Shown: positions 1-13,000 of the stretch, piece by piece | Layout of the letters: the number at the start of each line of letters is the position of its first letter | Position numbering within the stretch: the first letter of the stretch is position 1 | Source of the DNA: Carpediemonas membranifera BICM | Taxonomy: Eukaryota > Protista > Fornicata | Length of the DNA stretch: 64,000 nt | Reading direction: 5' to 3' | Assembly (NCBI GenBank): GCA_019828565.1 | Contig: JAHDYR010000067.1 | Location: 402,244-466,243 of the forward strand | The notes under the pieces: model-generated | Told to the model about the DNA's origin: nothing | Database searches by the model: none | Seen by the model: only the letters and a program-made list of their open reading frames with translations | Program-made: the position numbers and the translations under genes

Positions 1-577
1 AATGGACAACCTCGCCGTTTACTTGTTATATGCCTCAACGCAGGGTATGTATATCATTTGCAAGGCAGTAATTGTACTTCAGATGAGCTTTATCACGCTC
101 TCCCACGCCTTTCTCCTGGCCAAGTCCAGAGTCTCCGCGGTTAAGTGTGCCATGAAGGCTCGCACCACGTCGTACGAGATGAACCCCCTATCCAGGCCTG
201 AGATCAAGTGGTGAGGCATTAGCGCTGGTCAGCTGACTGTAGTGCGTAGTAGATAAACACTAGTTGACGCCATAGCTCAGTAGACGCGGCCATCGTCCCG
301 TGAGCGGAGTGTCACTGTGACATGTCTCACAGTCGCGGTGACCGGGGTCTGCTGGGATTTGATGGGGGTTGCTGTGGGTAGATTGTCGCTCTGTCACCCG
401 AGAGTGGCTGGTGTATCCGCGAGATCGTCTCACAATTTGGAGATATCGTCGCGTCCATTTTTAGATGGAACTCAACCAGCGTGCATGGTCGGACAGAACG
501 AATTTCTAGCTATCATAGGGTTATCTTCTGTGGTTTCGTGCTTCTCAATGCTCCCTTTGTCATCATTTAGGTCCCAC

Positions 578-2902
578 ATGCCACTGTTCGGCGAAGACAG
601 CGATGTTGACGTCAACGGTGTTCCAAGCGTGCTCTTTGTCGCCGTGGGTCTTCTTCTCGTACTTCTCACTCTATCGTGCTGCTTCTGTGCCGTCTCTTCT
701 GTCGTGAGCTATGCTCTTCTCTTCCTTCTCATCAGATACAAGCGACTGAAGCGCAGGAACGCAGTCACGCCGCAAGAGCGGCGCTGGCTGGACGCTGCAC
801 GAGCTGCGATCCTTCACAAGGACTGGTCAACTGACAACCGACAAGAATTCGTGGACGAGGTTGAGCACGTGAAGAAGCTCATTGACGCCGCCACCACTGC
901 GAACAACACCGTGCTCAACTCGCACATCCCCAAGCTCCACAAGCTTCTAGAGATCCATCAGCAGACCATGGACCTCCTAAACGCCGTCCCCGAGGGCTGG
1001 AAGGTCGCCCTTGACCCGCAGGACGAACATGCCATCAACGCCCTCCACAACCTCAAGGCCCGCGGATTCGCCGACGCAGAGGTCCCCCGCGCTGCCATTG
1101 ACCAGCTCTGGGCCGACCGAGTGGCCGATCTCCTCGCCAGGGAGCTTTGCTGGTCTCTAAGCCGAAGGGGCGAGCTCACTCGGTTCATCCAATACGTCAG
1201 ACGCATGCTTGAGTTCGGAGAGAAGGTAGCTGAGTCCTATGCAGCTGCTAAGGGCAGGCTGGTCGTGCTTTACAACGAGCTGGCCGGGGTCCAGCAGATA
1301 CTGGCGTCTGTCCCTGCTGACATCGACACAGAGCTACAGCGGCTGGATGTGGCGATCGTTGAGGCACGGAAACGGTACAAGATCACTGAGATCTCCACGC
1401 CCGACGACGCTGATGCAGTCCAGGCATCCCGAGACAACTACCGCGCTTCGACCAGCCGCAAAGAGCGCCTCCTCATCTCCCTCGCCGAGCTCAAGGCGGC
1501 TGGGTTCGCCGACGCCCCTGTACTCCCACCCCTGGACGTGCGGTGCAGCAGCATGACCCTCGCCATGTTCGACGACATCCAGCCGATGAACCGGAGCAAC
1601 CACGGCGTCGAGAGCGCCACTTACGAGGGCCGGCCGGTGGTGCTGAAGTCGTACAGCAGTCTGAATGAGAAGGATCGGAGGAGCATGTACAACGAGCTCA
1701 AGACGCTGGATGCAGTCTCACACCCGAACGTCGCAAAGGCAATCTTCGCGTTCAGTGAGGATAAGCTCTTTTACATAGTGTACGACCACTATATGTACGG
1801 ATCCCTGCTTGACTGGAAGGACGCGATGCAGAAGGCTGGTACGCTGGTCGAGGCAGACGTCATCTTCAGCGCAAGGAAGATTATAGAGGCTGTTGCCGCG
1901 CTCCATGCACAATCTGTGATACATTGTGACATCAAGCCGGAGAATGTTTTTGTCACTGGGAACGGTTCGCCGATCTTGGGCGATTTTGACGTGTCAAAGT
2001 CCGCTGAAGGGCGTACGATGACATGCACCGTTGCCGGAACTCTGGAATACATGGCGCCGGAACTCTACACGCGACAAAACGCCGAGGGCAAGCCCCCGAG
2101 AGCATCGGTCGTAACCGACATCTACTCCCTTGGCCTCACTCTGCAGAAGCTGGCACGCGGGGTGACAACCGCACTTGACGAGGCGATCTCCCAAATGGTC
2201 CAAGCGGATCCGGAAGCCAGACCCAGGCTCGCCGACCTCCTGGCCCTGCCGATATTCGTGGAGGACGAGAAGAAGGCGGTCAGTGTGGTGGCCGAGCGGG
2301 TGGCGCTGCTTGAGGAGCGCAGGCTGGAGATCGAGCAGTTCGCCGTGGATCACCGCGAGAAGATGCTCAGCGAGGCAAACGCTAACCTGCGCAAATTCGA
2401 GGCTGAGGCTGCAGAGCTCCGGCGGCGTCGGCTAGAGCTTGCCGAAGAGACTCGTAGAATAGAGTCACTCAAGGAAGAACGGTTATGTGCCGCGTGTGTT
2501 GAGCGAGTGCCAACCCACGCGTACGTCGACTGTGGCCATGTCTGCCTCTGCTCCGTCTGCGCTGCCAAGCGAGCTAAACGCTGCCCCGTCTGTCATAAGA
2601 AGTCCAAGCGTGTATGCTACTCGATCCGCCAGTCTCTTGTTGAGATGAACCTCGGCACGCTTCAGGCCATGTCCCAGGAGCAGCGTGCGGATTCTGTCCT
2701 TGCCTGGGCCGAGGAGAATGGCTTCATCAACACCATGATGACTGCCTTTGAATTAATCAACGACTATCCACAGGCCCCTTTCCATGGCATGCGTGAGGAC
2801 CTTCTCGTCGGTGCGCTCAAGTTCCTCGGGACACACGGGCTTGCGACAGTCGTGTGCGGGAGTAGCTTCGGCGTCGGCGTCAAGTTCCACAGATCGGGGT
2901 AG
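578..2902 (+). CDS. Membrane-anchored Ser/Thr kinase with coiled coil, RING finger and C-terminal Vps25-like winged-helix domain
   Basis: Hydrophobic N-terminal segment; kinase motifs VVLK, HCDIKPEN, DFD, GTLEYMAPE, DIYSLG; RING CAAC..CGH..LC..C...CPVC; C-terminus WAEENGFINTMMTAFEL..FHGM..ALKFL..GVGVKF resembles the Vps25 C-terminus. ATG at 578 preferred to the GTG at 317. Confidence 0.85.
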   Translation: MPLFGEDSDVDVNGVPSVLFVAVGLLLVLLTLSCCFCAVSSVVSYALLFLLIRYKRLKRRNAVTPQERRWLDAARAAILHKDWSTDNRQEFVDEVEHVKKLIDAATTANNTVLNSHIPKLHKLLEIHQQTMDLLNAVPEGWKVALDPQDEHAINALHNLKARGFADAEVPRAAIDQLWADRVADLLARELCWSLSRRGELTRFIQYVRRMLEFGEKVAESYAAAKGRLVVLYNELAGVQQILASVPADIDTELQRLDVAIVEARKRYKITEISTPDDADAVQASRDNYRASTSRKERLLISLAELKAAGFADAPVLPPLDVRCSSMTLAMFDDIQPMNRSNHGVESATYEGRPVVLKSYSSLNEKDRRSMYNELKTLDAVSHPNVAKAIFAFSEDKLFYIVYDHYMYGSLLDWKDAMQKAGTLVEADVIFSARKIIEAVAALHAQSVIHCDIKPENVFVTGNGSPILGDFDVSKSAEGRTMTCTVAGTLEYMAPELYTRQNAEGKPPRASVVTDIYSLGLTLQKLARGVTTALDEAISQMVQADPEARPRLADLLALPIFVEDEKKAVSVVAERVALLEERRLEIEQFAVDHREKMLSEANANLRKFEAEAAELRRRRLELAEETRRIESLKEERLCAACVERVPTHAYVDCGHVCLCSVCAAKRAKRCPVCHKKSKRVCYSIRQSLVEMNLGTLQAMSQEQRADSVLAWAEENGFINTMMTAFELINDYPQAPFHGMREDLLVGALKFLGTHGLATVVCGSSFGVGVKFHRSG

Positions 2903-3547
2903 ATTTTGTATCATAAAGATTCGCTCCCGACCTTCTTACAACTACAAAGACTGGCGTTGATTTATATAGCCCATTGTAGCGCGAAGGGTTGTAGTTATGT
3001 GTAACTGATGTAGCCCCAGATCAGCACGATAGCGGATTGTAAGACGCCCGACTGACGGGCCACCTGACCCACTACGTATATAAGACTACCAACGGGGGGG
3101 AAGAATATTTAGCAAGAAACTCCTGTTTCTAGGTAAACATTCGCTGACTTATTGCCGTGCCAGGCTCCTGGGTAAGTCGTGGGCCCTCTCTTACTCGTGA
3201 GGGTGACGCTCTTTTGGAGCGCGGTCTTGCAGCGCCGAGCTGCGAATCTCCTGGCATTCTGCCTTATCCTGCACCGCAGGCGGGTTTTGCCTATTGGCGC
3301 GCCGAACGATCTGAGACCGTCTCCGTCTCGCCCCGTCGCCCATGCGACCATACTGGGGTACTAACCAATAGATTGTAGTATCTTAAGTCGCATAGCAAAG
3401 ACATCTAGAGGTCAGCGCGCAGTTTTGTGGGGACCACATTGGTCTTCCAGTGCCACCTAGGCGTGGCGAGTTGATTGGATTTGATATGGTCAGGGTTATT
3501 CGGAATTTAGATCTCAGACAAATCAGGACTATTGCAGAGTAGAGAGA

Positions 3548-3853
3548 ATGAGTGATCCGCAGGCAGATGCAGCCGCGGTCACTCCAGAAGCACTCAAGAC
3601 ACTCCAAGAACAAGTGCAGGCACTTACTGATCGCCTCAACGGCCAGATCGCCTGCGACGAAGGCGAAGACGACAACCCGCAAGAGAGCGAAGAGGAACCC
3701 CAATCTCAGGACAACGACCACCTTGAAGACGACATCGACTTCTTCGACCCATTCGAAGCTCTCACAAGCCTCCCGTCACGCTTCGGTCTCCGCGATGAGG
3801 CTCGCTGGCTATATACGCTCGAAAGAGACCTCGTTGCTGGCCGTTTGTCCTGA
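3548..3853 (+). pseudogene. Unknown ORF (coiled-coil/acidic, possibly a gag-like TE ORF) truncated by a LINE-tail insertion
   Basis: ATG-initiated 101-aa ORF whose stop codon is formed at the junction with the (GAA)7 tract at 3852. Confidence 0.35.
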
Positions 3854-4053
3854 AGAAGAAGAAGAAGAAGAAGTTTAGGTGGTGCTGTGATTCTCACCCC
3901 GGGCCTTCTTGCTCCCATTTTCCTGGCCTAAGGTTAACCGGGGCACTCCTGACTCTCTCAGTGCTGGGTTACACGCTCTGAGCCAGCCACCTTACTGCGT
4001 CGGCTTTGATTCGGTTCCAATCAGTCTACGAGCTCTTCAGCTCTCTCCGTACT
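3852..4053 (-). mobile_element. 5'-truncated LINE 3'-end fragment with (TTC)7 tail
   Basis: (GAA)7 at 3852-3872 followed by ~180 bp that is colinear and similar to the sequence following the GAA repeat at 4322 (e.g. ggtgctgtgattctcaccccgg vs ggtgcttggattctgaccccgg). Confidence 0.55.
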
Positions 4054-4814
4054 GTGCTCGAGAGGACGGAAAAACAACTTGGTGCTTTTGTCAAAGAGAA
4101 GTCGACACAACAGTGTCGACCGGAATGGCGGATCGAATCGCCAATCAAATAAAATATTTGATTGGCACACTGCCACACTACCTCCCCAGAGGCGGAGCCC
4201 GAGACCTTCAAGAGCGGTCAAAGCTCATTTCCGCCTGGCGACAGGCGCACAGCGGGTCCTGCAGCAGGACACGGGCGGACATCTTGGCCGGGCACACCTT
4301 CCCTCAAGGCTCTGACGGGTGGAAGAAGAAGAAATTTATGGTGCTTGGATTCTGACCCCGGACTGAGCTTGTTTCCCGTTGTCTTGGAGCTGAGTGCCCC
4401 GGGGTACTGCCTATTTCCCGTGGCAAACTGGTCAGCAGCGTTTGCCTTGGGCTTTCGGTGCTACTGTCTCCGCGGAAAGCCGATTCCAATCGCCCCAGAG
4501 GCCCTGCGGCCATCTCCGTGCAAATATGCTTTCCTGTCTCCCTGAAAGTCCGGCAACTATCCGGGGAGCCTGGGGGTCTGTCCTCGGGGCATTGACAGGC
4601 AGGATCGTCCTGCAGAACCTTGACTATGACACTCCTTGCTTCCCTGCAGTCCTTGTAGAGCCGTTCAGCCACGGCACCCTCTCGTCTGTCCGGTTCCCCA
4701 ATTCCATGCCCCCTCGACTCTGTTAAGAAGCCTACCCGAAGGCGGGGAAAGTGACTAAGTCCATGCTGTCTACCCCGGTTAGGTGGCGTGGGTCAGGGCA
4801 TGGGTGGTGTACCC

Positions 4815-4869
4815 TGTGACCCTAAACTGCGGGAGTTGGTTGCATAAAACTCATTCGTAACACGGCACA
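4815..4869 (+). repeat. 5' LTR of Gypsy 1 (55 bp)
   Basis: tgtgaccc...cacggcaca, identical to 9622-9676. Confidence 0.95.
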
Positions 4870-4889
4870 ATATCGATATTACCGGTGAA

Positions 4890-7800
4890 ATGAAGCAATT
4901 CACGACTAATGATCCAGAAAGCGCAATCCAGGCGCTCGCGGATTACACCACTGCAATTATCCACGAGAGAAACCCAACTTCTTTCATCCAAACGCTCACA
5001 GCGGACACGGTCGCGAAGTTAAAGCGTGATTGGCGTCCGACAGCGAAATTTCCCACTCTTGAGAGCCTCCAGACCTCCATTATGTCTGACGCCGAAGCCC
5101 GAGCTCAGGCCCGTTCGGACGAGGCTCCGCAAGCTATATCCCACAATCCCACCGCAGATGCAATCGCCAAGCGTTTCGCTGCTGCCTTTGAGGCGGCCTG
5201 CAAGCGAGCGCAGTACGCAGAGTGTGTGCGGGTCTCTTCAAACTTCAAGGACCCGGCCCTCACCAGCCTGACAAAGGAGTCAATCTCGGCAGAGATACAA
5301 CGCGCAATCCCGGAGGCCACTGAGAAGGCCAGGACATTCATCACCTCGTACATGAAGGACCCCGCGGCCAACAGATGGTCCGACCTCTTCAGCGCCGCAA
5401 CCCCGACTGTCCCCGTGCCTGACGGGACCGACATGACACTCCCAGATTTCTCTGACAAGGTCCCGGAGCCCACCATAGATGAGAAGCCCGACCTGGCCGC
5501 CTGGCCAAAGCGTGCTGATTTCCCCGACGTTTACGCTTACCTCCGCGCCGAGGCAAAGGCGATCATCCCCTACATCGTTTATACGCTCCTACCGACCCTC
5601 GACATGGGATCGAGACTGAAGATGGTGCGCGACAAGGCATCCGGCCTTAGATTCTTCGGCCCAGCCGTCGAGCACCGACTCGCCGTCTTCAAGCTACGTA
5701 GGATCCTCAACGCTTACGATCCATGCGTCCCAGACATCGAGGCACTAACCTACAACTCGACCGAGCGCTTACTGGGGTCGATCTTCCTCAAGGGCTATAG
5801 CAAGGACGCCGAGGCTCTTTACGAGGACATCATCGAGGACCCAGCCGAGTCAATCGACGATCTTCTTTCTCGCCTCGAGAACCTCGACGTCGATCACGAC
5901 GAACGCGTTATTGTCCCGTGGCGGGCGTTCGCGGTAACATCCCAACCCGCCGACCAGAAAGACAGCGGCCGTCGCGCCCCTGGCAAGCAAAAGCCGACAG
6001 TACTGCCCCATACAAGCGATCCCTATCTCCAGTTCAAAGACAAGCACAAGTATGCCATCCCACAGCACTTCAACAAGTGGTGCAAGTCTCATGGGTGGAA
6101 CAGTAACCATACGACAGAGTCATGCAGGTTCCTCGCACGGCAGAAGGACAACCAGTCCAAGGGCACCTCCGGCTCCTCTCAGCCGCGGAAGAACGACCAG
6201 AAGCAGACCAGCGGTACGCAGTCCGACCGTCGGGCCGGCAACATGTTCCTGAGGGACTCCTCAAAGCTTCGCAACTCGCGCGGCCAGCGCGACATCCATG
6301 AAGTCGACAACAACGCCTCAGATGACGCCGAGTCCGAGGACGAAGGTGACGTCTATGAGGTGGGGGCTGTTGAGATCGACAACGACCCCATCAACGTCCC
6401 GGCCACGATCAACGGTGTCCAAATCAAGACGAAGTTCGATATCGGAGCCTGCGTCTCAGTCATCTCGGAGCCCGCACTAGCGAAGGTCCCGAATTACCAG
6501 CTCATCGACACCTCAGTCGAGCTCTTCGGCGCCGGCGACGAGGTCATCTCCATCGGTAAGGCCGCAAAGGTCGACATCACTCTCCCGTCTATCGATGGCA
6601 AGACCGTGCAGGCCACCGCATTGCTGATGGTGATCCGCGCCAAACGCCGAAAGGTCCTGATCGGCCGCGACCTCCTCAGAAGGTTGGGCTACCTCATGAA
6701 CGACAGACTGCTGATCCCGTCATCCGCCACCATCTCCGACAACGACAATCTGCCTCCACACCCGTATCTCGACTCCTGCACAGATGAGATTGATGTTGAT
6801 AACGAGTGGAAGAAGGTCCGAATCCCTTACGATGACAATCCAGACCTCACTAAGTGGCTCGAAGGCTTCCTATACGAACGCCGCGAGCTCTTCGGCGAGC
6901 TGCCAGAGGACGGCAGCGAGTTGCGTCCACACAAGATCACCCTGAAGCCTGGCGACCACAGGCTCCCGAAGGCAAGACCACGCCCCCTTAAGGGTTCCCA
7001 AGCGTCCAGCGCCGCCGCTGAAATCGACAAGATGCTCCAACAATTAGTCATCCGCCCAAGTGACTCGCCGTACTCATCCCCACACGTGATGGCGAAGAAG
7101 AAGAACGGTGAGGACAGGTTCTGCGTCGCGTATAACGTTCTGAATGAAGCCACCGAAGACGATCGCTACCCGACACCAGATATCCGCTCCTTCGTCCATG
7201 AGGCAAGCGGCTGCTCACTCTTCGGCACGCTCGACCTCCGAAGCGGCTACTGGCAGCAACGTATGGACCCCGACAGCGTCTCACTCACCGCCTTCACTAT
7301 CCCAGGCGGTCATTACGAGTTTCTTCGTACCCCCTTCGGGCTCAAGAATGCCCCGGCCAAGTTCCAGAGAGCGATGGACGAGGTGTTGGAAGACTGCAAG
7401 AGCTCCAAAGCCTACGTCGACGATATCTTCACTTACTCGCACACGGAGGAAGAGTTCAAGAGCGCCATCACGGATCTCTTCGATCATCTACTGGCGGCCA
7501 ACGTCAGACTGAAGGCCGACAAGTGTGCCCTCGGCCTCTCCGAGGTTGAGGTGTGCGGCTTCATCGTTAACGAGATGGGCAGATCCGTTGCCCCCGCTCG
7601 AGTCCAGGCCATCCGCGACCTCTTTCCTCCGACCACCACGTCGGAACTCCGTCGATCCCTCGGCAAGTTCAACTACTTGTCGAATTACATTCCCCATCTC
7701 GCCGACGCCGCAGCACCTCTCAACCGGCTGCTTAAGGGCTCTCCGGGGAAGTCGTCCCCGTGGCCTGGGGCGCCGAGCAGGACGCCGCTTTCGCTAAGAT

Positions 7801-9601
7801 GAAAGACCTGGTCACCGAACACACGGCGCTCGCCCTCCCAGACTTAGACAAGCCCTGGACCTTGGAGACCGATGCCTCCTCAGTAGCGATCGGCGGGGTC
7901 CTCTGGCAGGGCGAAGGAGTTGAGAAGGTTCCCCTCGCTTTTTATTCCAAGACCTTGGACGAGACTCAGCAAAGGTGGTCGACCGTCGAACAGGAGCTTT
8001 ACGCGATCATCCACTGTGTAACTCGACCGGAGTTCTCAGCCCTCCTTAAGATTAAGCCGTTCTCTCTCAGAACCGATCACCGGAACCTTATTTGGCTCCT
8101 GAGAAAGACGGACGAGGAGGGCACGAAAAAGCTTACTCGCTGGCGCCTGACAATGACCGAATACCCCTACTCCATCGCCCACATCAAGGGCGTCCACAAC
8201 GTCGTCGCCGACTCGCTGTCCCGTCCTAGCAGCGTCCCAGAGGACCGAGACGACCTCAAGGCCGCTATCGAACAGGTCTCCAGTTCTCACCGTCACCTCA
8301 TCAACCAGGCCCACGCCGGTGCACAGGGCCACGTCAGCGTCGCTCAGACGATGGCAAATCTCCGCAACGCCGGGCAGTCTTGGCCCGACATGAAATCGGA
8401 CGTCCGGGAGACCCTCAGAAGTTGCGCCGTCTGCCAGAAGGTTAGACCCCCTGCCCGCGAGAAGACGAAGTGGCACTCCACGCAGCGACTCAAGCCCTTC
8501 GAGACGGTCCAGCTTGACACAATAGGCCCCCTTCCGGAAGAGGCCGGCATGTCCTACATCATCACGATCGTGGATGTCTTCTCCAAGTTCACGATCCTCC
8601 GTCCGGTCGCTACTACAAAGGCCGAAGAGGCTGCAGCAGCGATGCTGGATGTGTGGTCCACGTTCGGAGTCCCAAAGGAGATTCAAACCGACCAGGGCAC
8701 TCAATTCCGTAACGCCCTCATTGCCGAGTGTAACGCCATCATCAGTCTTCAGCACAGGTTCTCAACCCCTTACCATCCGGCCAGCAACGGAGTCGTTGAA
8801 CGACTCAACGGCACGATCATGTCTCGCATGAGAGCGCTCCTCCTAGACGCAGAGGACGGCAACTGGCCCGCCTATTTACCGCTCGCTCAACACGTCATCA
8901 ACTCTACCCGCCACGCCACCACCGGTCGCTCCCCTTTCGAACTGCTGTTCGGCAAAGAATCGACGCTACGGGTCGCCCCGATCGCTCTGGCAAACGCCAC
9001 GAAGAGCTGCACCCCTGGGAGCGTTGATGAAGGTGAGATTGTCCGCTTCCAGGAGGACGTAGCCGCTCTACAAGCCCTCGCCCGCGTCAAGATTCGCGCG
9101 TACGAGGCGCGCAAGGCCAAGGCCACAGCAGACACTCATGCGTGGGAGAGAGAACAATACGTTCTCCTGCGCTACCCGGGCAAGCCCCCGGCTAAGATCT
9201 ACACCCCCCTGCGCGGACCCTTCCGCATGGAGGGGAAGGGCGAACACCCGAACACCTACCGCGTCCGTGACCTCGTCACAAGATGCGTCAGCACGGTCCA
9301 CGCCGACAGACTGGTCCGATTCGAGACCGATTTATCCGACACCGAGCTCGAGCGGATCGCCGCTTTCGAGCAAGGCGAACAGCCCGTCAAGGAGATCGTC
9401 GGTCACAAGAAGAAGAAGAACGGCTCATTGGAGCTCCTCATCCGTTGGGAAGGCCTCACACCCGACGAAGACTCCTATGTACCCTATAACCGGTACTATG
9501 ACCAGCTAGCGGCTCTCGATGATTACCTCGTCGCTCATCCAGAGCATGAAGCCGCGTTCGCCGCCGCCAAGAAGAAGTTCCGCAGTTCCGGGCGCCGTTA
9601 A
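4890..9601 (+). CDS. Gag-Pol polyprotein of Gypsy 1 (one frameshift near 7757)
   Basis: CHHC knuckle WCKSHGWNSNHTTESC; protease FDIGA; RT LDLRSGYWQ..YVDD; RNase H ETDAS; integrase QLDTIGP..TDQG..VERLN, GPF motif; chromodomain VKEIVGH..LLIRWEG. Adding one C to the cccc run near 7757 restores a single ORF. Confidence 0.92.
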
Positions 9602-9621
9602 TGCGTCCGCATGGGGGGAAG

Positions 9622-9676
9622 TGTGACCCTAAACTGCGGGAGTTGGTTGCATAAAACTCATTCGTAACACGGCACA
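9622..9676 (+). repeat. 3' LTR of Gypsy 1 (55 bp)
   Basis: Identical to 4815-4869 and preceded by the PPT. Confidence 0.95.
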
Positions 9677-10096
9677 ACCCCCAGGCACTAGGCCTGGTTG
9701 TCCTGTTACCCCTTACAACATTTCGCTTGCACTACATGTCCTTGGTTTCCCATGTCGTTAACAAGGGCGGCAGGGGCACCTGTGCCCCTCCGACCCCCGT
9801 GGCCAGTCCCTGCAGTTTCCTTGGGGTCCCAACGAGTGGTGCAACCATATGAATATGGATTTCCTTGACCTTATCCTTGCTCTGTCCTTGTTGCATGTCC
9901 TTTCTTTCTTATTTCTGGTCTGTCCTTCCTGTTATTTCCTTGCAGTCGTTCCTTCCCTTGCTTTGGTTCCTGGCTACCGGGATACGTGGGGCCTTTCCTC
10001 ACTGATCCCAGGAGCTTAGCACCAGCGAGGGTGGTCCATGGCTGATTCCTTGTCCATCCCTTCCCGGTCCTGGAGTCAGGGGTTCATGACATGCTT

Positions 10097-13000
10097 CTAT
10101 TCCACCTTGAAGCTGTTGTAAACCTTTGCCAGTTCCCGTAGTCCTGCCGTGAGGCCTTCCCAAATGTCCTCCGAGCCCCATATTATTAGTTGCTGTAATT
10201 CTAGGATGGGTCTTTCCTGGTACCATTCGCCCTGGGGGCCCTGCCTTACTTCCAAGTCCTTAGTTTTGTGCTTCGCTGCTGTCCACAGCTTTGTCCAAGC
10301 TTCTCCCCTGTCTACTGCCGGGCATTCACAGATTATGTGCGCTGCCGATCCTAGCCTCTGGCCCTCTGCCCACTCCCTGATCATTTCCTGCTTCCTTGCT
10401 GGTCCTGGCTTTTCCCTAATGATCCTGTAGAACAGGCTCACCTCCGACTCCTCCGAGCATAGGGGGCATAGTCTGCTAATTTCTCTCTTCAGGTCAGCGC
10501 CTTGGGCCAGCTCTGTGATGGCTCTCATAGGGCCCTCCCTCTCTCTGCCGACGATGGGGATGGGCTGACATTGGCTGCAATGGATACAATTCTCTTCCAT
10601 TCCGCCCTGCTTTGCCCCTTCCCAGCCTTTCGGTCTACCGTAGGCTTACCTTGCAGACACTTGCTTAATTTCCTTGTCCCCATGATTTCCATTAGTCCTA
10701 GTGCCGTACGGCTTTTGCACCGCTTCATCCACCCCCTCCTGATCGTTTCCATGCCATAATCCAGTAGCGCTGGTTTAGGGGCTCCCTCTCTGGTGCCCTC
10801 CAGTAGATGCTGCACTCTCTCCCTAGCTTCCCACATAACCGTGCCCCGCCCCCATTCTCTGTTTCTGACTGGTATATCCTGGTCCCTGTAGTTGACTATC
10901 CTTTTGACTGCCAGCCATTCCATGTGTGCCTGGAGGTCCACCCATCCATTCATCAGCCTCATGGCTGCGCCCCCTCCCGGTCCTGTTCCTGCCATGATTC
11001 CCTGCCAGTCATTCCAGATCCTTCTACCTCCCGGTGCGTTCCCCCACACCTCGACTCCGAAGAGGATCCTGGGCCATATATATATTTCCAGTAGTAGCCT
11101 GCTCGATAGTGCTGGCATGTTTGCCCTGGTCCACCCTGCCCATCTCACCAGTCTCTTGTACCTTTCGCTCTGCTCCTGTTTCCGCCTTATGCAGGCCGAC
11201 ATAGGGTCCTTCCCACTTGCGATCCATAATCCCAGGTATCTCGCCTCCTTCTCTGGCAGTAGTGTTACCCCCTCGATCCTGACTAGGGCTGTTCTGTCCA
11301 CGCTAATCATTACATTCTTCTGGGCGTTCACCCTCATTTCATGCTCTCTGATTATGTCCACCATTATGTTGGCGACCATCTGGCTATGCTCCGGTTTGCT
11401 CCCTGTGACCGCAGTGTCATCCACAAACATGGTAAGTGCTGCCGGTAGTCGGTCGCTGAGGTGGCTCGTGGTCCTTGGCGGTTCTCTGATGTCGTACCGT
11501 TCTCCCTTGATTTTCTTTCTGGCCAGGTGGGGCCAGTTAGCCATGAACAGCACAAACAGTGTCGGTGCCAGGACGCACCCTTGCTTAACTCCCCTGTTGG
11601 TTCTTTCCCATGCCTTTGCCCCCTTGACTGATATCCAGGTTTCCTTTATTGTGCCTTGAATTGCCCTGATCAAGTGCTCCTCCACCCCCATACCCTGTAG
11701 CTTATCCATGAGAATGTCCCTTGGTACCGTGTCATATGCCTTCTCGATGTCCAGAAAGATTGACGTGGTCTCACCCCCCTCCTGGTGCCGCTGCACAATG
11801 TACTGTATCTGCTGGATGACGTCCCTGTCTGACTGGAAACCAGCCTGTTCTCTTGGTATGAACCTTTTCGTTGCTGCTTCCAGACGTATCTTGAGCAATC
11901 TACCATAGACCCTGTACAGCAGTGGTGTCAAGGATATTGGTCTATATGATTCCGGCTTGACCCTTGGCTTCCCTGTCTTGTGTATGGCCGACACTGTGGC
12001 ATACTTCCATGCTTTGGGTACGTCGCCCTCCCTGTAGACCCTGTTGATGAGCCTCGTCACTTCCCTAAGGCCTTTCTCATCCAGCTCTCTCAGCATGTCT
12101 CCAGATGTGAGGTCAGGCCCTGGTGCGGTGTCCCTCCTGATCCTTTTGATTGCGGCTTTGACCTCGCTTTCCTTGAACTCATTTCCGTCCCTGCCCCTCC
12201 ATGTCTTCCAGGTGGGTTCCCTGCCTCTGCTGACTCTAGCATACTGTTGCAAGAGGATCTCGCTGATGGCCGCCTTGTCCGTGGTTATCACTCCGTCCTT
12301 GAGGAGGCTCTCCGGCATTCCCTTGTATTGGTTGTCACACCACCACCTTCTGATGGCAGCTTCCACTGAGGCCCTTGAGGCCCTATACCCCCTTTTGCAC
12401 TTCTGCTGATGTCGGCCACCCATTTGGCCCTGCGCTCTCCCCAGTATTTCTCCAGCTCCTCTTTCATCCTTTCCTTCCTGGTCCTGTTGCCTATTTCTGT
12501 CCATGGGGTTCGCTGGAGTTCGCTCCACACTCCGTTCCCGAACACTTTGTCCCTTGCCTTTGCTCCCCTGTTGTTCACTGGGTCGCCCATGCATGCTCTT
12601 ATAGTCTCTTCCCATTGGTCCGAGCTCTTGATCCTGTTCAGCTTTGAGACTGTGACTGGCCCCTCCTTCTTTTTCATGGGCCAGGTGTGCACCTCGGGTA
12701 TGGCCAGAGCCACGTCTCGCTCACTTCTGCCATAGTACCGTTGTTCCTTCCATGCTAGTGTGATTCCATTGTGTGCTGAGCCCCATACCCCGACCTTCTG
12801 AGACTCTACCACCTCAATCTCCGCCCCCTGGATTCCTGGTGTTGTCACTGCAAAGTCCGGGGTTGATGTTCCTGATGTGAGCGTCCCAGACTTGGGTATG
12901 ATGGCTTTGAGCCTGTGCTTCTCCATCATATCCTTCCACCGGGTGGATCTTTCCATCTGGCCTGGGTCGATGTTCCAGTCTCCCATAATTATGGCCTCCA

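Larger units (their letters stand above)
4815..9676 (+). mobile_element. Ty3/Gypsy chromovirus-like LTR retrotransposon 1 (full length)
   Basis: Identical 55-bp TG...CA LTRs; 4-bp TSD ACCC (4811-4814 / 9677-9680); PPT GGGGGGAAG at 9613-9621; gag-PR-RT-RH-IN-chromo order. Confidence 0.95.

Noticed and set aside
265-350. tRNA-like start (gccatagctcagtag)
   Set aside because: No T-loop GTTCRA and no acceptor-stem pairing downstream.
2989-3103. Possible solo LTR (TGTAG...TATATAA...CA followed by a G-rich tract)
   Set aside because: No second copy or TSD in the window.
4060-4321. Possible degenerate Gypsy integrase zinc-finger remnant (LISAWRQAHSG...GHTFP)
   Set aside because: Too short and diverged to support by eye.
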